From positions 773 to 64,772 of the IMG/VR virus record IMGVR_UViG_3300010391_000174: a DNA stretch of 64,000 bases, one strand, 5' to 3'. This document shows, one piece after another, positions 20,504 through 30,065 of the stretch. Below the pieces are notes generated by a model that was given only the letters and a program-made list of their open reading frames with translations, made no database searches and was not told where the DNA came from. The first letter of the stretch is position 1. Each line of letters opens with the position of its first letter. A program made the position numbers and the translations under genes. The DNA comes from a virus (Duplodnaviria > Caudoviricetes).

Positions 20504-21617
20504 TAGTCAAATTCTTGTAACGAGCACCGTATTGTCCCGTGAGAAACCGATTCAAAATGTTCTTACCTGCATTTATATCTGCATTGTCTTTGTGACCACA
20601 TGATAGACACAAGAACATTTCTCCACTACGATTTCCCCTATCGGAATGACCACATACTGGACAGGTTGTACTGGTGTAATAAGGTGCTACGCTGCGAAAA
20701 CTAACACAGTTAATCTCGCATTGTGCTTCTAACCTTTTGAGCCAATATTTCCAATTCCAAGTTCCGATAGAACGCCTGATATTTTTGGTCAACAAGCGTT
20801 TGACCTTTGATTTATTTCCCATCTTCTTCAATTGTTCAACAACTATTAAATCTGGATTTTCCTTTGTTATAATTTCTTTGCTTATTTCATCAATCCTTTG
20901 TTTCAGTGCTCTCTTGGCTACATAATATCCATTGGACTTTTGCTTACATCTTTTAACTCTCTCGATGCAACCTTTGATGTCCTTGCCGTATTGATTACCA
21001 TTATTTAATGAAGCCAGTGCATTTATACCTGTGTCTACACCAATACACTTCGTACCTTCTTTCTTTGTCTCAGTTACAATTTCGAAACTAAACTGAACAT
21101 AGTTCTTGGTTATAATATATGAGTTCAGTCTCTTGCCGATGTTATTGTATTTGTTGAAATGTTTATGGTACTTGATGGGTAAATCCATTATCATTTTATT
21201 ACCAACACTGGCGATATGTAACCAAGCATCGAAAAGTCTACTGTCTTCGGTTTTGTAACCATTATTTTTAGTCGGTACTAAGTCAGCAATGGTACAACTA
21301 ACATACATTATATTACCTTTATGAACTGGCATGACCAGTTTATTTGGTTTATCTTTCCACCTTACTTTTGTTGCCAACACCATATCAATTGCTTCTCTGG
21401 CTGCGACCTTTCTTAATCTTGCAGATAACCATGTTTCGGGAATATCGACAATGGGTTTGAGAAGTTCACCTTTGCTTACTTTCTCAGAATTCAGCCAAAA
21501 GTATTGAATGAAGATATTAACCACCTTTGAGTATTCACTCAAAATAGTTAATAAATCATTTCTTTTCTTCGCTGTTGCGAATTTCAGACTACATTTGGTT
21601 GAACGGATTAGTTTCAT
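20475..21617 (-). mobile_element. tnpB: Solo TnpB (IS200/IS605/IS607 family RNA-guided nuclease)
   Basis: RuvC GVDTG, VVEQL, NADINA; CPVCG..CLSCG zinc finger; no tnpA nearby; likely right end ...TAACGG at 20472. Confidence 0.9.
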
Positions 21618-21694
21618 TTATGAAAAGATATGTTATTATCGTATAAAAAATTAATTAAATTAATTATAAAATTCTTTCTTGTTCTGGTGTTGGT

Positions 21695-21979
21695 CTATGA
21701 TTCATATTCAATTAAATCATTATCAGTTATTAAAATTTCATCTCTTCCTTTAGTGATATATGATGACATGTCTTTATTCATTGCAGCACTTAAACACAAA
21801 TTATAAATTTTGGTTTGAACTTGTGCAAATGCAAATTTATTTTCATATGATTTACTTGTTATCCTGATAATCACATCATCAACAAATGTAATGTTTGATT
21901 GTAATCCAATTGAATATACCAATATATTTGCTTTTAATACATAAAGTTTATTTACTTCCATTATTTTACTTCCCTCCAA
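21695..21979 (-). CDS. Hypothetical protein
   Basis: ORF track. Confidence 0.5.
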   Translation of the reverse strand: MEGSKIMEVNKLYVLKANILVYSIGLQSNITFVDDVIIRITSKSYENKFAFAQVQTKIYNLCLSAAMNKDMSSYITKGRDEILITDNDLIEYES

Positions 21980-22434
21980 TTCTCATTTTCAATGCCATTT
22001 TTTAATTCATATAATTTATTTTCATCAATTACAAGAACTTTTAAACCTTCTTGTCTGAAATAAAGTTTACCATCCTGAAGGATGCCCATATTATTGATAT
22101 TATCCCTTTCTTCAATTGTTTGAACTATAATATGATATTTATTATCAAATATATATGAAGTCTCAGCCATTAATTTCATATTTTCCCATAATAGTTTAGC
22201 CATTTCATCACCCACTTGTCCAAGTAATCGTATACCTTTATCAAGTTCTATTACTGTTTCTGGGTCAAGGTCTGGACTTCTGCGATTAGACACATCTTGA
22301 AGAATATATCTCGCTAATTCAATTGAAAAAAACTTGTCTTCTGGTTTATCTTCATATTCTTTCGATAGTTCAATACATGGTCGTCCAGAAGCATTTAATT
22401 TTATCTCATATTCAATTCTTTGCATAATTATCAT
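21961..22434 (-). CDS. Hypothetical protein
   Basis: 157-aa ORF with TAnnTTTG box upstream. Confidence 0.65.
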   Translation of the reverse strand: MIIMQRIEYEIKLNASGRPCIELSKEYEDKPEDKFFSIELARYILQDVSNRRSPDLDPETVIELDKGIRLLGQVGDEMAKLLWENMKLMAETSYIFDNKYHIIVQTIEERDNINNMGILQDGKLYFRQEGLKVLVIDENKLYELKNGIENENWREVK

Positions 22435-22526
22435 TGATTGTCACAAATATAAGATAAATTTTCCAAAACAAAACATTTTTTTAAAAAAACTTTTTAGTAT
22501 TTATGTAAAATGTAATATCTCACACT

Positions 22527-23645
22527 ATGGCATTAATTACAACAGTAGATAAAAATAAATTATATCTTCACATTAAACATGAATTAGGACATCCTTTGAG
22601 AACATTTGAACTCAATGATGAAATGATGGATTCCTATCTTGAAATGGTTATTGAAGATTATTCATCACTTGTTAATAGTTGGTTAATTCAACAACAATGG
22701 ATTGGATTAGAAGGTTTGAGCAAAGAAAGCAGCGATTTTCTCAGTGCATTTACAACAAAATCAAATTCCTATATGGAATCATTTACATATGCATATTCAA
22801 AACAAGTGGGTCTTGGAACTAATGCGCCAGCAGCAACTGGATGGGAACTCAAGAGAGATTTTATTATAACCGAAGCAAATACACAACATTATATTATTCC
22901 TGCTGGTAGAGAAGTTAATGAAGTACTATGGGAAACACCACCTGAAATTGATGCGGGTATGGTTGACCCGTTTGCATTGAACACATTTTCACCGGGAATG
23001 CTTGGTTGGTCTTATCTTGGTCGTCCTGCCATGTATGTACAACCCACATTTTCAACACTTTTATCTGCACAAGATAGAAGAATGAAACAAAGAGTAATGC
23101 AATCAATATTAACATATCGTATAACTGGTTTAGCAAGTGGTGAAAAAATACTACATCTATATCCAGTTCCCGGAAGTCGTGATGAAATCTCAGGTGCTTG
23201 GGGTAAACACATGGCTGGAAGAAAAGTATGGTATTGGTATTACGATACAAATAAGAAAGGTAGAGATAAATGTTTAGAAGAAAATAGTGATGTAATTAAA
23301 TTACCTTCCGACCCACCAATAAAAGTGCTGGAATGGGGTAAAATGAATGATGTTGCACATCAACAAATCAGAAATTTACTCATAGCCAAGGTAAAAATGG
23401 TAATTGGTGGTATTCGTGGTTTTTTCAGTGGCGAACTTGGTGTAACTGAAAAACAATTAACTATGGATTATCGTCATTTGCTTGATGAAGGTATTAAATT
23501 GAAAGAAGATACAGAAAAAATCATTCTCGAACAATTGATGAAACTAAGTCAGGAAATTATGACTGAAACCCGTGCAAAAATTGCTGAAAATGTTAACAAG
23601 GAAAGAGGATATCAACCACCAAGAACTCCAATTATTGCAATTTAA
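22527..23645 (+). CDS. Neck protein (T4 gp13-like)
   Basis: IKHELGHP..ELNDEMMD N-terminus and LIAKVK..GGIRG..LLDEG C-terminus; late motif at 22497. Confidence 0.75.
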   Translation: MALITTVDKNKLYLHIKHELGHPLRTFELNDEMMDSYLEMVIEDYSSLVNSWLIQQQWIGLEGLSKESSDFLSAFTTKSNSYMESFTYAYSKQVGLGTNAPAATGWELKRDFIITEANTQHYIIPAGREVNEVLWETPPEIDAGMVDPFALNTFSPGMLGWSYLGRPAMYVQPTFSTLLSAQDRRMKQRVMQSILTYRITGLASGEKILHLYPVPGSRDEISGAWGKHMAGRKVWYWYYDTNKKGRDKCLEENSDVIKLPSDPPIKVLEWGKMNDVAHQQIRNLLIAKVKMVIGGIRGFFSGELGVTEKQLTMDYRHLLDEGIKLKEDTEKIILEQLMKLSQEIMTETRAKIAENVNKERGYQPPRTPIIAI

Positions 23646-23647
23646 GA

Positions 23648-24198
23648 TGAAAAAGAAAAAACAAATAATTGACCTTGAGAATGATAGAATGGGTTTATTC
23701 ATGACGGAAAATTCATTTGATTTAGATATAATGTATGGTAGGGCATATTTAGAAACAGATAATGCACAAGAAGTTATATTACATAAAATCAATCTCATTG
23801 AAACCAAAACGCATGCATTATATGGTCAGGCAAAAACAAAAGATAAAAAATTCTTTACACCTGTCCGACTTAGAGTGATGGTTACTGTTGAAGAAGGAAA
23901 ACAAGAAAATTATGGTGGTAATCCCGGTGGTATTGCTCGTGATGATACTGGAAATATCACATTTGGCGTATATATTAAAGAACTGGAAGAAAAGGGTGTT
24001 GAAATTGACCGTGGAGATATTATCGAATACAATCTCAGTGGAGAAAAAAATAGATATTATGAAGTTGAAAGTGCAAATAATGTTACAGATACAACAGCTA
24101 AAACAATTGGTGGGTTCAAATCGTACTGGAAACGTATAAGGGGCGTTCCAGTAAAATCTGATGTTGTTCCATTTTTAAGTGAAACTAAAGGAAATTAA
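23648..24198 (+). CDS. Head completion/neck protein (gp14-like)
   Basis: HALYGQAKTKDKKF, FGVYIKELEE, RGDII..YYEV; ATG at 23648 follows the gp13 stop. Confidence 0.65.
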
Positions 24199-24203
24199 AT
24201 ATT

Positions 24204-25313
24204 ATGAAAAAAGATAGTAAACAAAGACTTTTCGAAGTCATGGGAAAAGTTGATAAAACTTTCAAACCTAAATTAAATGAAGATTTTGGTGGTATTCCAC
24301 CAGAATATCAAATTGAATTCGATAATTTAAAAAAAGAATATGGTGATAATGTTATTAATTCGTTTTTCACACATGGATTACCAGGATTTTATGATAGTCG
24401 AACCAGAGGTAATTATAGTCTTGACGCTATAAAACAAAATCTAAATCATGTGAGTGATGAATATTTACCTATAACAACACCAATTGGAAGTGAAGATGAC
24501 AAACTATTTGTTAGTATTGTAAATCAAGGAATTGATTCACATCTTGAAGGATTCAGAAAAAGTAAATTTAGTGATACTGCAGGAACGCTTGGTCGCAGAA
24601 GAGTTTTCAATTTTCATAAATCTGAAATTCCTATTCTATTGAGAAGACTTGAAGAACTTGGAACGGAAGAAGCACTTCAATGGAAAGATGATATTGAAAA
24701 TTATGATAAAAACATTAATGAAGTTCTTCAACAAAATGAAGAACTTGCTGTGGCATCTGATGGAGGATATTATGATAAACCAGAACATCAGGTTGTTGTT
24801 AGCAGAGAAGAAGCACAAAATATGAAACAAATAACTGATTCAATGTTTAATGAGTTATTTTCTGGTGAAGGGGTTACCAAAGTCGATGTAAATGATAATT
24901 TAAAACAAGAAATTATTAATAAATTGAAAGAAAGTGGAATTAAAATTGATTATGATGATGAAGAAGGTCAATATTTTTATTGGATGAGTAAAGATGAAGA
25001 TTTGGAATTAGCAAAAGATGAATTTAAATTAATTGTTAGTAATTTATACAATAAAGTACAGAATGAACCACTAAGCGAAGCAAAGGCAATTAATCCCAAA
25101 TACTCACATTTTGCAGTAACAAAAGCAGGTAAAATTGTAAATGGTTGGGATTATAGTGGTATGGACCCCGAAGAGTTAAAATCATTCAAAAAAGATTATT
25201 TCTTCAATGATATTGTTGAAATGGGAATAGACCCCAAAACTGTTGCTATTTATACCACAAGAACATTGCAAAAAACAGGTATAAATCCATTTGATTCAAA
25301 TAATTGGAATTAA
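24204..25313 (+). CDS. Hypothetical, possible internal head protein
   Basis: Leader MKKDSKQRLFEVMGKVDKTFKPKLNE; internal INE and LSE sites. Confidence 0.6.
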   Translation: MKKDSKQRLFEVMGKVDKTFKPKLNEDFGGIPPEYQIEFDNLKKEYGDNVINSFFTHGLPGFYDSRTRGNYSLDAIKQNLNHVSDEYLPITTPIGSEDDKLFVSIVNQGIDSHLEGFRKSKFSDTAGTLGRRRVFNFHKSEIPILLRRLEELGTEEALQWKDDIENYDKNINEVLQQNEELAVASDGGYYDKPEHQVVVSREEAQNMKQITDSMFNELFSGEGVTKVDVNDNLKQEIINKLKESGIKIDYDDEEGQYFYWMSKDEDLELAKDEFKLIVSNLYNKVQNEPLSEAKAINPKYSHFAVTKAGKIVNGWDYSGMDPEELKSFKKDYFFNDIVEMGIDPKTVAIYTTRTLQKTGINPFDSNNWN

Positions 25314-25417
25314 GTCTGGTGATTATTGAATAAAAATTTTTCTAATCTACGACATTTTTATTATTCTCAGTATTTATAATAAAGAAAAATAACATTAAAA
25401 ACTAAAAAATTACGAAA

Positions 25418-25561
25418 ATGGTATTATCACAAAGGTCTTATAGATTATTTCAAAGAACAGATATAGTAACTTATACTGGACTTGGAAGTGCAGCAGCAAT
25501 TGCAGCAGCAATTGCAGTAATAGCAGCAACCGCATTAGTAAGTGAACAAGCAGTTTATTAA
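25418..25561 (+). CDS. 47-aa Ala-rich hydrophobic late peptide (not in track)
   Basis: MVLSQRSYRLFQRTDIVTYTGLGSAAAIAAAIAVIAATALVSEQAVY; own late motif 25370 and terminator. Confidence 0.7.
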   Translation: MVLSQRSYRLFQRTDIVTYTGLGSAAAIAAAIAVIAATALVSEQAVY

Positions 25562-25576
25562 TAATTAGCTTGAAAT

Positions 25577-25620
25577 AAAACATAAAAAAGAGGATTACTA
25601 TGTCCTCTTTTTATGTTTTT
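25577..25620. terminator. Bidirectional terminator
   Basis: aaaacataaaaaagagga...tcctctttttatgtttt between convergent genes. Confidence 0.8.
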
Positions 25621-25621
25621 A

Positions 25622-25876
25622 TTATTGAAATAAACCATCATCTATCCAGATAGGTGTTTTTTTACCCATATATACACCTTCTATATTAAAATCAAAAAAT
25701 TCTTCGGCTTCATCAAATGTCATTTTATCTCTATCCATGAGAATATGAATACATTTCGTTCTGGAATACACAATTTTTTCATTACAAACACCAATAATTG
25801 CATCGTCAAAACCATCTGCTGACATCCATTTAATACCATCACAATAATGTTCTTTTATCTCCGTAAGTTTACTCAT
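25622..25876 (-). CDS. Conserved-looking small phage protein
   Basis: ADGFDDAIIG..EAEEFFDFNIEG..TPIW. Confidence 0.7.
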   Translation of the reverse strand: MSKLTEIKEHYCDGIKWMSADGFDDAIIGVCNEKIVYSRTKCIHILMDRDKMTFDEAEEFFDFNIEGVYMGKKTPIWIDDGLFQ

Positions 25877-26120
25877 GTGTTTTTGTTTTGAAATGTTTAT
25901 TTTTTATTTTTTCGAGTTCTTCTGTGAGTTTTTTATGTTGTTCTTTTGATTCTATTCCCAAATCCGAACCATATTGAATAAATATATCAATAACAAAAAT
26001 TATAAATTCCCTTTCCTTCTCCGAAAAATACGTGCTTTTCTTTGCAAAAAGAAATAATGCCAGAGAAAGAAAAAGAATTATTGCTACCAATAATATTATT
26101 AATATGTATAATATTGTCAT
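25869..26120 (-). CDS. Small membrane protein
   Basis: N-terminal TM helix. Confidence 0.6.
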   Translation of the reverse strand: MTILYILIILLVAIILFLSLALFLFAKKSTYFSEKEREFIIFVIDIFIQYGSDLGIESKEQHKKLTEELEKIKNKHFKTKTHE

Positions 26121-26129
26121 TCAATAGAA

Positions 26130-26795
26130 TTAATATTCAATATCATCAAAAATAATTGGTATTTTATTTTTTAATTCGTGTAACAATGGTATTGTAATTT
26201 CTCTCATTTGTGGATGTGCTGGTGGAGCACAACGTAAATTGAAAAAATGTCGCCATTCTCTCATATTCAATTTAACATTGATTTCAGTCTTTAATGAATT
26301 AGGTAAAATTGCTCTGGCTTGTTGCGGTTGCCAACCCAATTCAATTAAACGATTATATTGTTGTTCTGCATATAACATAGCATTATGCCAAATAATATAT
26401 TCCTCATTTGAACTTGTTTCAATTGGAATAAATGTTTTATATTCACCCTGAGTAATTTCAGTCCAATTGGGAATGATGAATGTAAGTTGATTATCGAATT
26501 TATCTTTTGAATAGTTACAATAACGAGTACTTTCTTGTGCAAATGATGCTATACGATGTCTCACCAATTCATGCGAAACACCTCTATCACAAACAAATTT
26601 AACAGTAATGTCATAAAATTCAATCATTGCTTCATGACCTCTTTCAATTAATGATTTTATCATTTTATGTGCAGAATCTTCGGTTATCTTATCTTCTGAT
26701 TTATAACAAGTTCTTGCTACTTTTTCAATTGTTTTTAATATATCATCACCATTTATTAGCGTTAATATTTCATAATTTGGTTTAATTAATTTCAT
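26130..26795 (-). CDS. thyX: FAD-dependent thymidylate synthase
   Basis: RGVSHELVRHRIASFAQESTRY signature. Confidence 0.95.
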   Translation of the reverse strand: MKLIKPNYEILTLINGDDILKTIEKVARTCYKSEDKITEDSAHKMIKSLIERGHEAMIEFYDITVKFVCDRGVSHELVRHRIASFAQESTRYCNYSKDKFDNQLTFIIPNWTEITQGEYKTFIPIETSSNEEYIIWHNAMLYAEQQYNRLIELGWQPQQARAILPNSLKTEINVKLNMREWRHFFNLRCAPPAHPQMREITIPLLHELKNKIPIIFDDIEY

Positions 26796-27106
26796 TAATT
26801 TTTTCTTTCTATAATAAATTCAAGTAATTTACATTTTTCATTAAATAAATTCATATCCCTTTTTTCAAACGATAATATCATATATTTAATAATATCGTCC
26901 CATATCATATTTTTATCTTTTAAATAATCATCAGGATTTTCTAAAAATGAATTTTTTATTATTATTTCTGCAAGTTGTTCATATGAATCGGGGTTAATAT
27001 ATTCCACAATATCAATAACATCATGCATTTCCATTTTTGGTCTTGTCATATCCAAACAATCAAAAATCCAAAGACCGAAATCATAATAATTTTGATATTG
27101 TTTCAC
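26795..27106 (-). CDS. Hypothetical protein
   Basis: ORF track; start MKQYQN shared with 27897..27989. Confidence 0.55.
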   Translation of the reverse strand: MKQYQNYYDFGLWIFDCLDMTRPKMEMHDVIDIVEYINPDSYEQLAEIIIKNSFLENPDDYLKDKNMIWDDIIKYMILSFEKRDMNLFNEKCKLLEFIIERKN

Positions 27107-27107
27107 T

Positions 27108-27374
27108 TTACTTATTTAATAATATTGTAGGTAAATTTACTTTTATCACTTCATTATAATGATACAAATCAAAATGTTCTTCTTTTAAAATAATAAGTTT
27201 AAATGTAGTATTTATGTTTCTTTCAACGCTATCGTCTTGAAGAAGTGCAAACAAAATTTTATCCCCTACTTTAACATCTTCACCATTATCATATTTTTTT
27301 ACATTTAATTTCTGAAGCATTTCTTCTGTAACAATGTAATTTTGTTTGATTTGTGTTTCAAATAATTTTTTCAT
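27108..27374 (-). CDS. Hypothetical, paralog of 27593..27874
   Basis: MKKLFETQIKQN..KKYDNGEDVKVGDKIL; ATG 27374 matches paralog start. Confidence 0.7.
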   Translation of the reverse strand: MKKLFETQIKQNYIVTEEMLQKLNVKKYDNGEDVKVGDKILFALLQDDSVERNINTTFKLIILKEEHFDLYHYNEVIKVNLPTILLNK

Positions 27375-27378
27375 AATT

Positions 27379-27570
27379 TTACTTATTTTTTGGATTGGTA
27401 AGTATTTCCAATTCATGTGTAATGCGTTTTCTATCGCCTTCACTTAACGCAATCATCTTGGAAGTTGTCTTACCGTTTAATTTTTCTGGCTTTGTGCCAC
27501 GTACTAATTGTGTGGTGAGTGCAGTTGCTACTCGCTGTCTACGCATCTTGACTCCAGTTGTACCCTTCAT
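27379..27570 (-). CDS. Small basic protein, paralog of 28216..28413
   Basis: MKGTTGVKMRR..RGTKPEKL.GKTTSKM. Confidence 0.7.
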   Translation of the reverse strand: MKGTTGVKMRRQRVATALTTQLVRGTKPEKLNGKTTSKMIALSEGDRKRITHELEILTNPKNK

Positions 27571-27592
27571 AATCTCGATTTTTATTTAATTA

Positions 27593-27874
27593 TTATTTTT
27601 TTAATAATATTGTTGGTAATTGACCACCTTCCATTCTTTCATCATATGTGTATAAATTAAAATGTTCTTCTTTTAATATTATTACTTTCGAAGACATAAC
27701 ATTTACACCATTAGCTAAGTTTTCAAGAATATCCCCTTGAAGCAATGCGTATAATATTTTATCACCTACTTTAACATCATCACCATTATCATATTTCTTC
27801 ACTTTTAATTTTTCTAATATTTCATTTGTGATAATATTATTTTGTTCAATTTGTTTTTTAAATAAATTTTTCAT
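27593..27874 (-). CDS. Hypothetical, paralog of 27108..27374
   Basis: KKYDNGDDVKVGDKILYALLQ. Confidence 0.7.
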   Translation of the reverse strand: MKNLFKKQIEQNNIITNEILEKLKVKKYDNGDDVKVGDKILYALLQGDILENLANGVNVMSSKVIILKEEHFNLYTYDERMEGGQLPTILLKK

Positions 27875-27988
27875 AATCTCGATTTTAATTTAACTATTAT
27901 TTATTTTTAAGTTCTTTCATTATTCTTTTAGCTTGATTTTCACAAAAATCTATTTCCCATTCATCAGGATTGTTTTGATATTGTTTCA

Positions 27989-28210
27989 TTATACGGGATT
28001 TATATCTTCTGGATAAACTGCAAGATAATATCCGTTTTCAGTAACAAGGATATTATCTTTTTGTTCCCAGACTTCGATGTTATTATTTTTTAATTTTTCT
28101 TTAAATAAATCAATTGCATTTACTAAATCAATATCATTATTCGCCCCCTTAAACACATTTTCTTTTTTCGAACTTAAGTCTGTGCTAATTATTATTGTAG
28201 ATTTTTCCAT
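27989..28210 (-). CDS. Hypothetical protein
   Basis: ORF track. Confidence 0.55.
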   Translation of the reverse strand: MEKSTIIISTDLSSKKENVFKGANNDIDLVNAIDLFKEKLKNNNIEVWEQKDNILVTENGYYLAVYPEDINPV

Positions 28211-28215
28211 AATAT

Positions 28216-28413
28216 TTATTTCTTTTTGGGATTTCCGATTACCAGAATTTCACGATTGATTCTTGTTTTATCAGCATCGGTTAAAGCAACCATTTTGCTG
28301 GTTGTCTTACCATCTAATTTTTCAGGTTTTGTGCCACGTAGAAGTTGTTCTTCCAAACGTTTCTTTGCATTTTCTCTTCTCATTTTAATTCCAGTTGTAC
28401 CCTTCATAATCAA
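28216..28413 (-). CDS. Small basic protein, paralog of 27379..27570
   Basis: MKGTTGIKMRR..RGTKPEKLDGKTTSKM. Confidence 0.7.
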   Translation of the reverse strand: MIMKGTTGIKMRRENAKKRLEEQLLRGTKPEKLDGKTTSKMVALTDADKTRINREILVIGNPKKK

Positions 28414-28440
28414 TTTTTATTTAATATAGTTATTTATAAA

Positions 28441-28875
28441 TTATTTTCCGCTTGAACCAAAACCGCCAGAACCTCTTTGAGTATTTGATAACGTCTCAAC
28501 TACATTCCATTCGGCAGTTTCATGTTTTGAAATTATCATCTGTGCGATTCTATCACCATTTCTTACAATACAATTAATATCTTCATTTAAATTAACCAAA
28601 CAAATCATAATTTCTCCACGATAATCACTATCAACAGTACCGGGAGTGTTTATGATAGTCAAACCACTTTTTATTGCCATTCCTGAACGTGGTCTAATTT
28701 GTGCTTCATATCCCATCGGAAGTTCAATGAAAATACCTGTAGGTATTAGTTCTCTTCGAAGTGGCAGAATAAGCACATTTTTATTTAGGTTAGCGTATAA
28801 ATCCATTCCTGCCGAACCTTCAGTTAAATAAGTGGGCAATGGATTTCCCGATTTGTTTATTATATTAATTTTCAT
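28441..28875 (-). CDS. dut: Trimeric dUTPase
   Basis: AGMDL, RPRSG, GTVDSDYRGE, RIAQ, RGSGGFGSSG. Confidence 0.95.
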   Translation of the reverse strand: MKINIINKSGNPLPTYLTEGSAGMDLYANLNKNVLILPLRRELIPTGIFIELPMGYEAQIRPRSGMAIKSGLTIINTPGTVDSDYRGEIMICLVNLNEDINCIVRNGDRIAQMIISKHETAEWNVVETLSNTQRGSGGFGSSGK

Positions 28876-28880
28876 TACAT

Positions 28881-29003
28881 TTATTTAAATACTTTTTTAA
28901 CTTCAGGTATTTCTACTGCATTATCCCTACGTTCTTCAGGTATGCTTTCAAGAAGACCCAAATCTTCCCATTCTTTTTTCGTATAACCTATTTTTAATTC
29001 CAT
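28881..29003 (-). CDS. 40-aa ORF resembling capsid N-arm (not in track)
   Basis: MELKIGYTKKEWEDLGLLESIPEERR; compare MCP RWEKIGLLEGL. Confidence 0.55.
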   Translation of the reverse strand: MELKIGYTKKEWEDLGLLESIPEERRDNAVEIPEVKKVFK

Positions 29004-29021
29004 AGTTATTTATTTTCCACT

Positions 29022-29456
29022 TTAACCAAAACCATCTGAACCTCTTGGGGTTTTGGATAACTCATATGCTTCAACTAAAGTTATTTTAGGTAGTTCAATA
29101 AATACCACTTGAGCAACCCGTTCACCTGTTTTAAATTCCTTTCTATTCACGTTTGGAGCACCAAATATAGTATGCATATTTGTTTGATGAAATCTGCAAC
29201 GAATTTCTCCACGATAACTTGCATCAATTACACCAACACAATTTTTTAACATTAAATCATATTTAGTCACTGAACTTCTTGGAAATACCAGTCCCACGTA
29301 ACCTTCGGGTATTTCAACTGCAATTCCAGTTCTGTATTCAATAAAATCTGATGTTTCTTCAATCGCAACTGCAAATAAATCAAAACCTGCGTCAATTTCA
29401 ATTGCTTTATATGGTGTTTGTGCTTCTGATACTAATTTCTTAAATCTAATTTCCAT
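29022..29456 (-). CDS. dut: Second trimeric dUTPase
   Basis: AGFDL, FPRSS, GVIDASYRGE, RVAQ, RGSDGFG (ends before the usual S-T/S-G). Confidence 0.9.
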   Translation of the reverse strand: MEIRFKKLVSEAQTPYKAIEIDAGFDLFAVAIEETSDFIEYRTGIAVEIPEGYVGLVFPRSSVTKYDLMLKNCVGVIDASYRGEIRCRFHQTNMHTIFGAPNVNRKEFKTGERVAQVVFIELPKITLVEAYELSKTPRGSDGFG

Positions 29457-29655
29457 ATTTTTCTTCCCAATTTTTAGACATTTGTTTACACCACCCTTTT
29501 AATTGTTTTTTTGTTAATCCAAAATATTTCCTTACGCTTTCACTCATTCCAAATACTGGTATTCCTTTTATTATTTTAATATTTGGAAATTTAATAATAT
29601 TTGGTTCAACATAAACTGTTTTTAATTCGAGATTAATTTTTGGTATTTTATCCAT
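29446..29655 (-). CDS. Small hypothetical protein
   Basis: ORF track. Confidence 0.5.
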   Translation of the reverse strand: MDKIPKINLELKTVYVEPNIIKFPNIKIIKGIPVFGMSESVRKYFGLTKKQLKGWCKQMSKNWEEKYGN

Positions 29656-29660
29656 ATTAT

Positions 29661-30065
29661 TTATCTATTATCTCCACTTCCATGTAATGTTCCACGGTCA
29701 CGTCTGGATTGTAATTTTTCGATATTTCCAGTTGCAACATCTTCCATTTTAATTCCAAGACTGTCGCACATTGAAGCAACATACCAAAGAATATCTCCAA
29801 GTTCTTTTTTTATTTCAGTGACATGTTCATGCGTGATTCTCCCACCTTCATCTCTAATAATTTTTTTAATTTTACCTTGAATTTCTCCTGCTTCACCCAA
29901 TCCCAGACCATCATAAGCTATCGATAATAACAATTTTACATCATCTGGTGTATCTGGATGTTTTTCTAAGAACTTATCCATAGATATTTTGAGAAAATTC
30001 GCTTCTCTTTGATAATCATCAAATGTCTTTATTTCCAATTCTTTCCATTTTCTGATAGTTTTCAA
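29661..30065 (-). CDS. MazG-like NTP pyrophosphohydrolase
   Basis: LGEAGEIQGKIKK..KELGDILWY..NIEKLQSR..GSGDNR. Confidence 0.9.
   Translation of the reverse strand: MKTIRKWKELEIKTFDDYQREANFLKISMDKFLEKHPDTPDDVKLLLSIAYDGLGLGEAGEIQGKIKKIIRDEGGRITHEHVTEIKKELGDILWYVASMCDSLGIKMEDVATGNIEKLQSRRDRGTLHGSGDNR

Noticed and set aside
21666-21707. Tiny minus ORF MNHRPTPEQERIL resembling a helicase N-terminus
   Set aside because: Only 13 aa; cannot be supported
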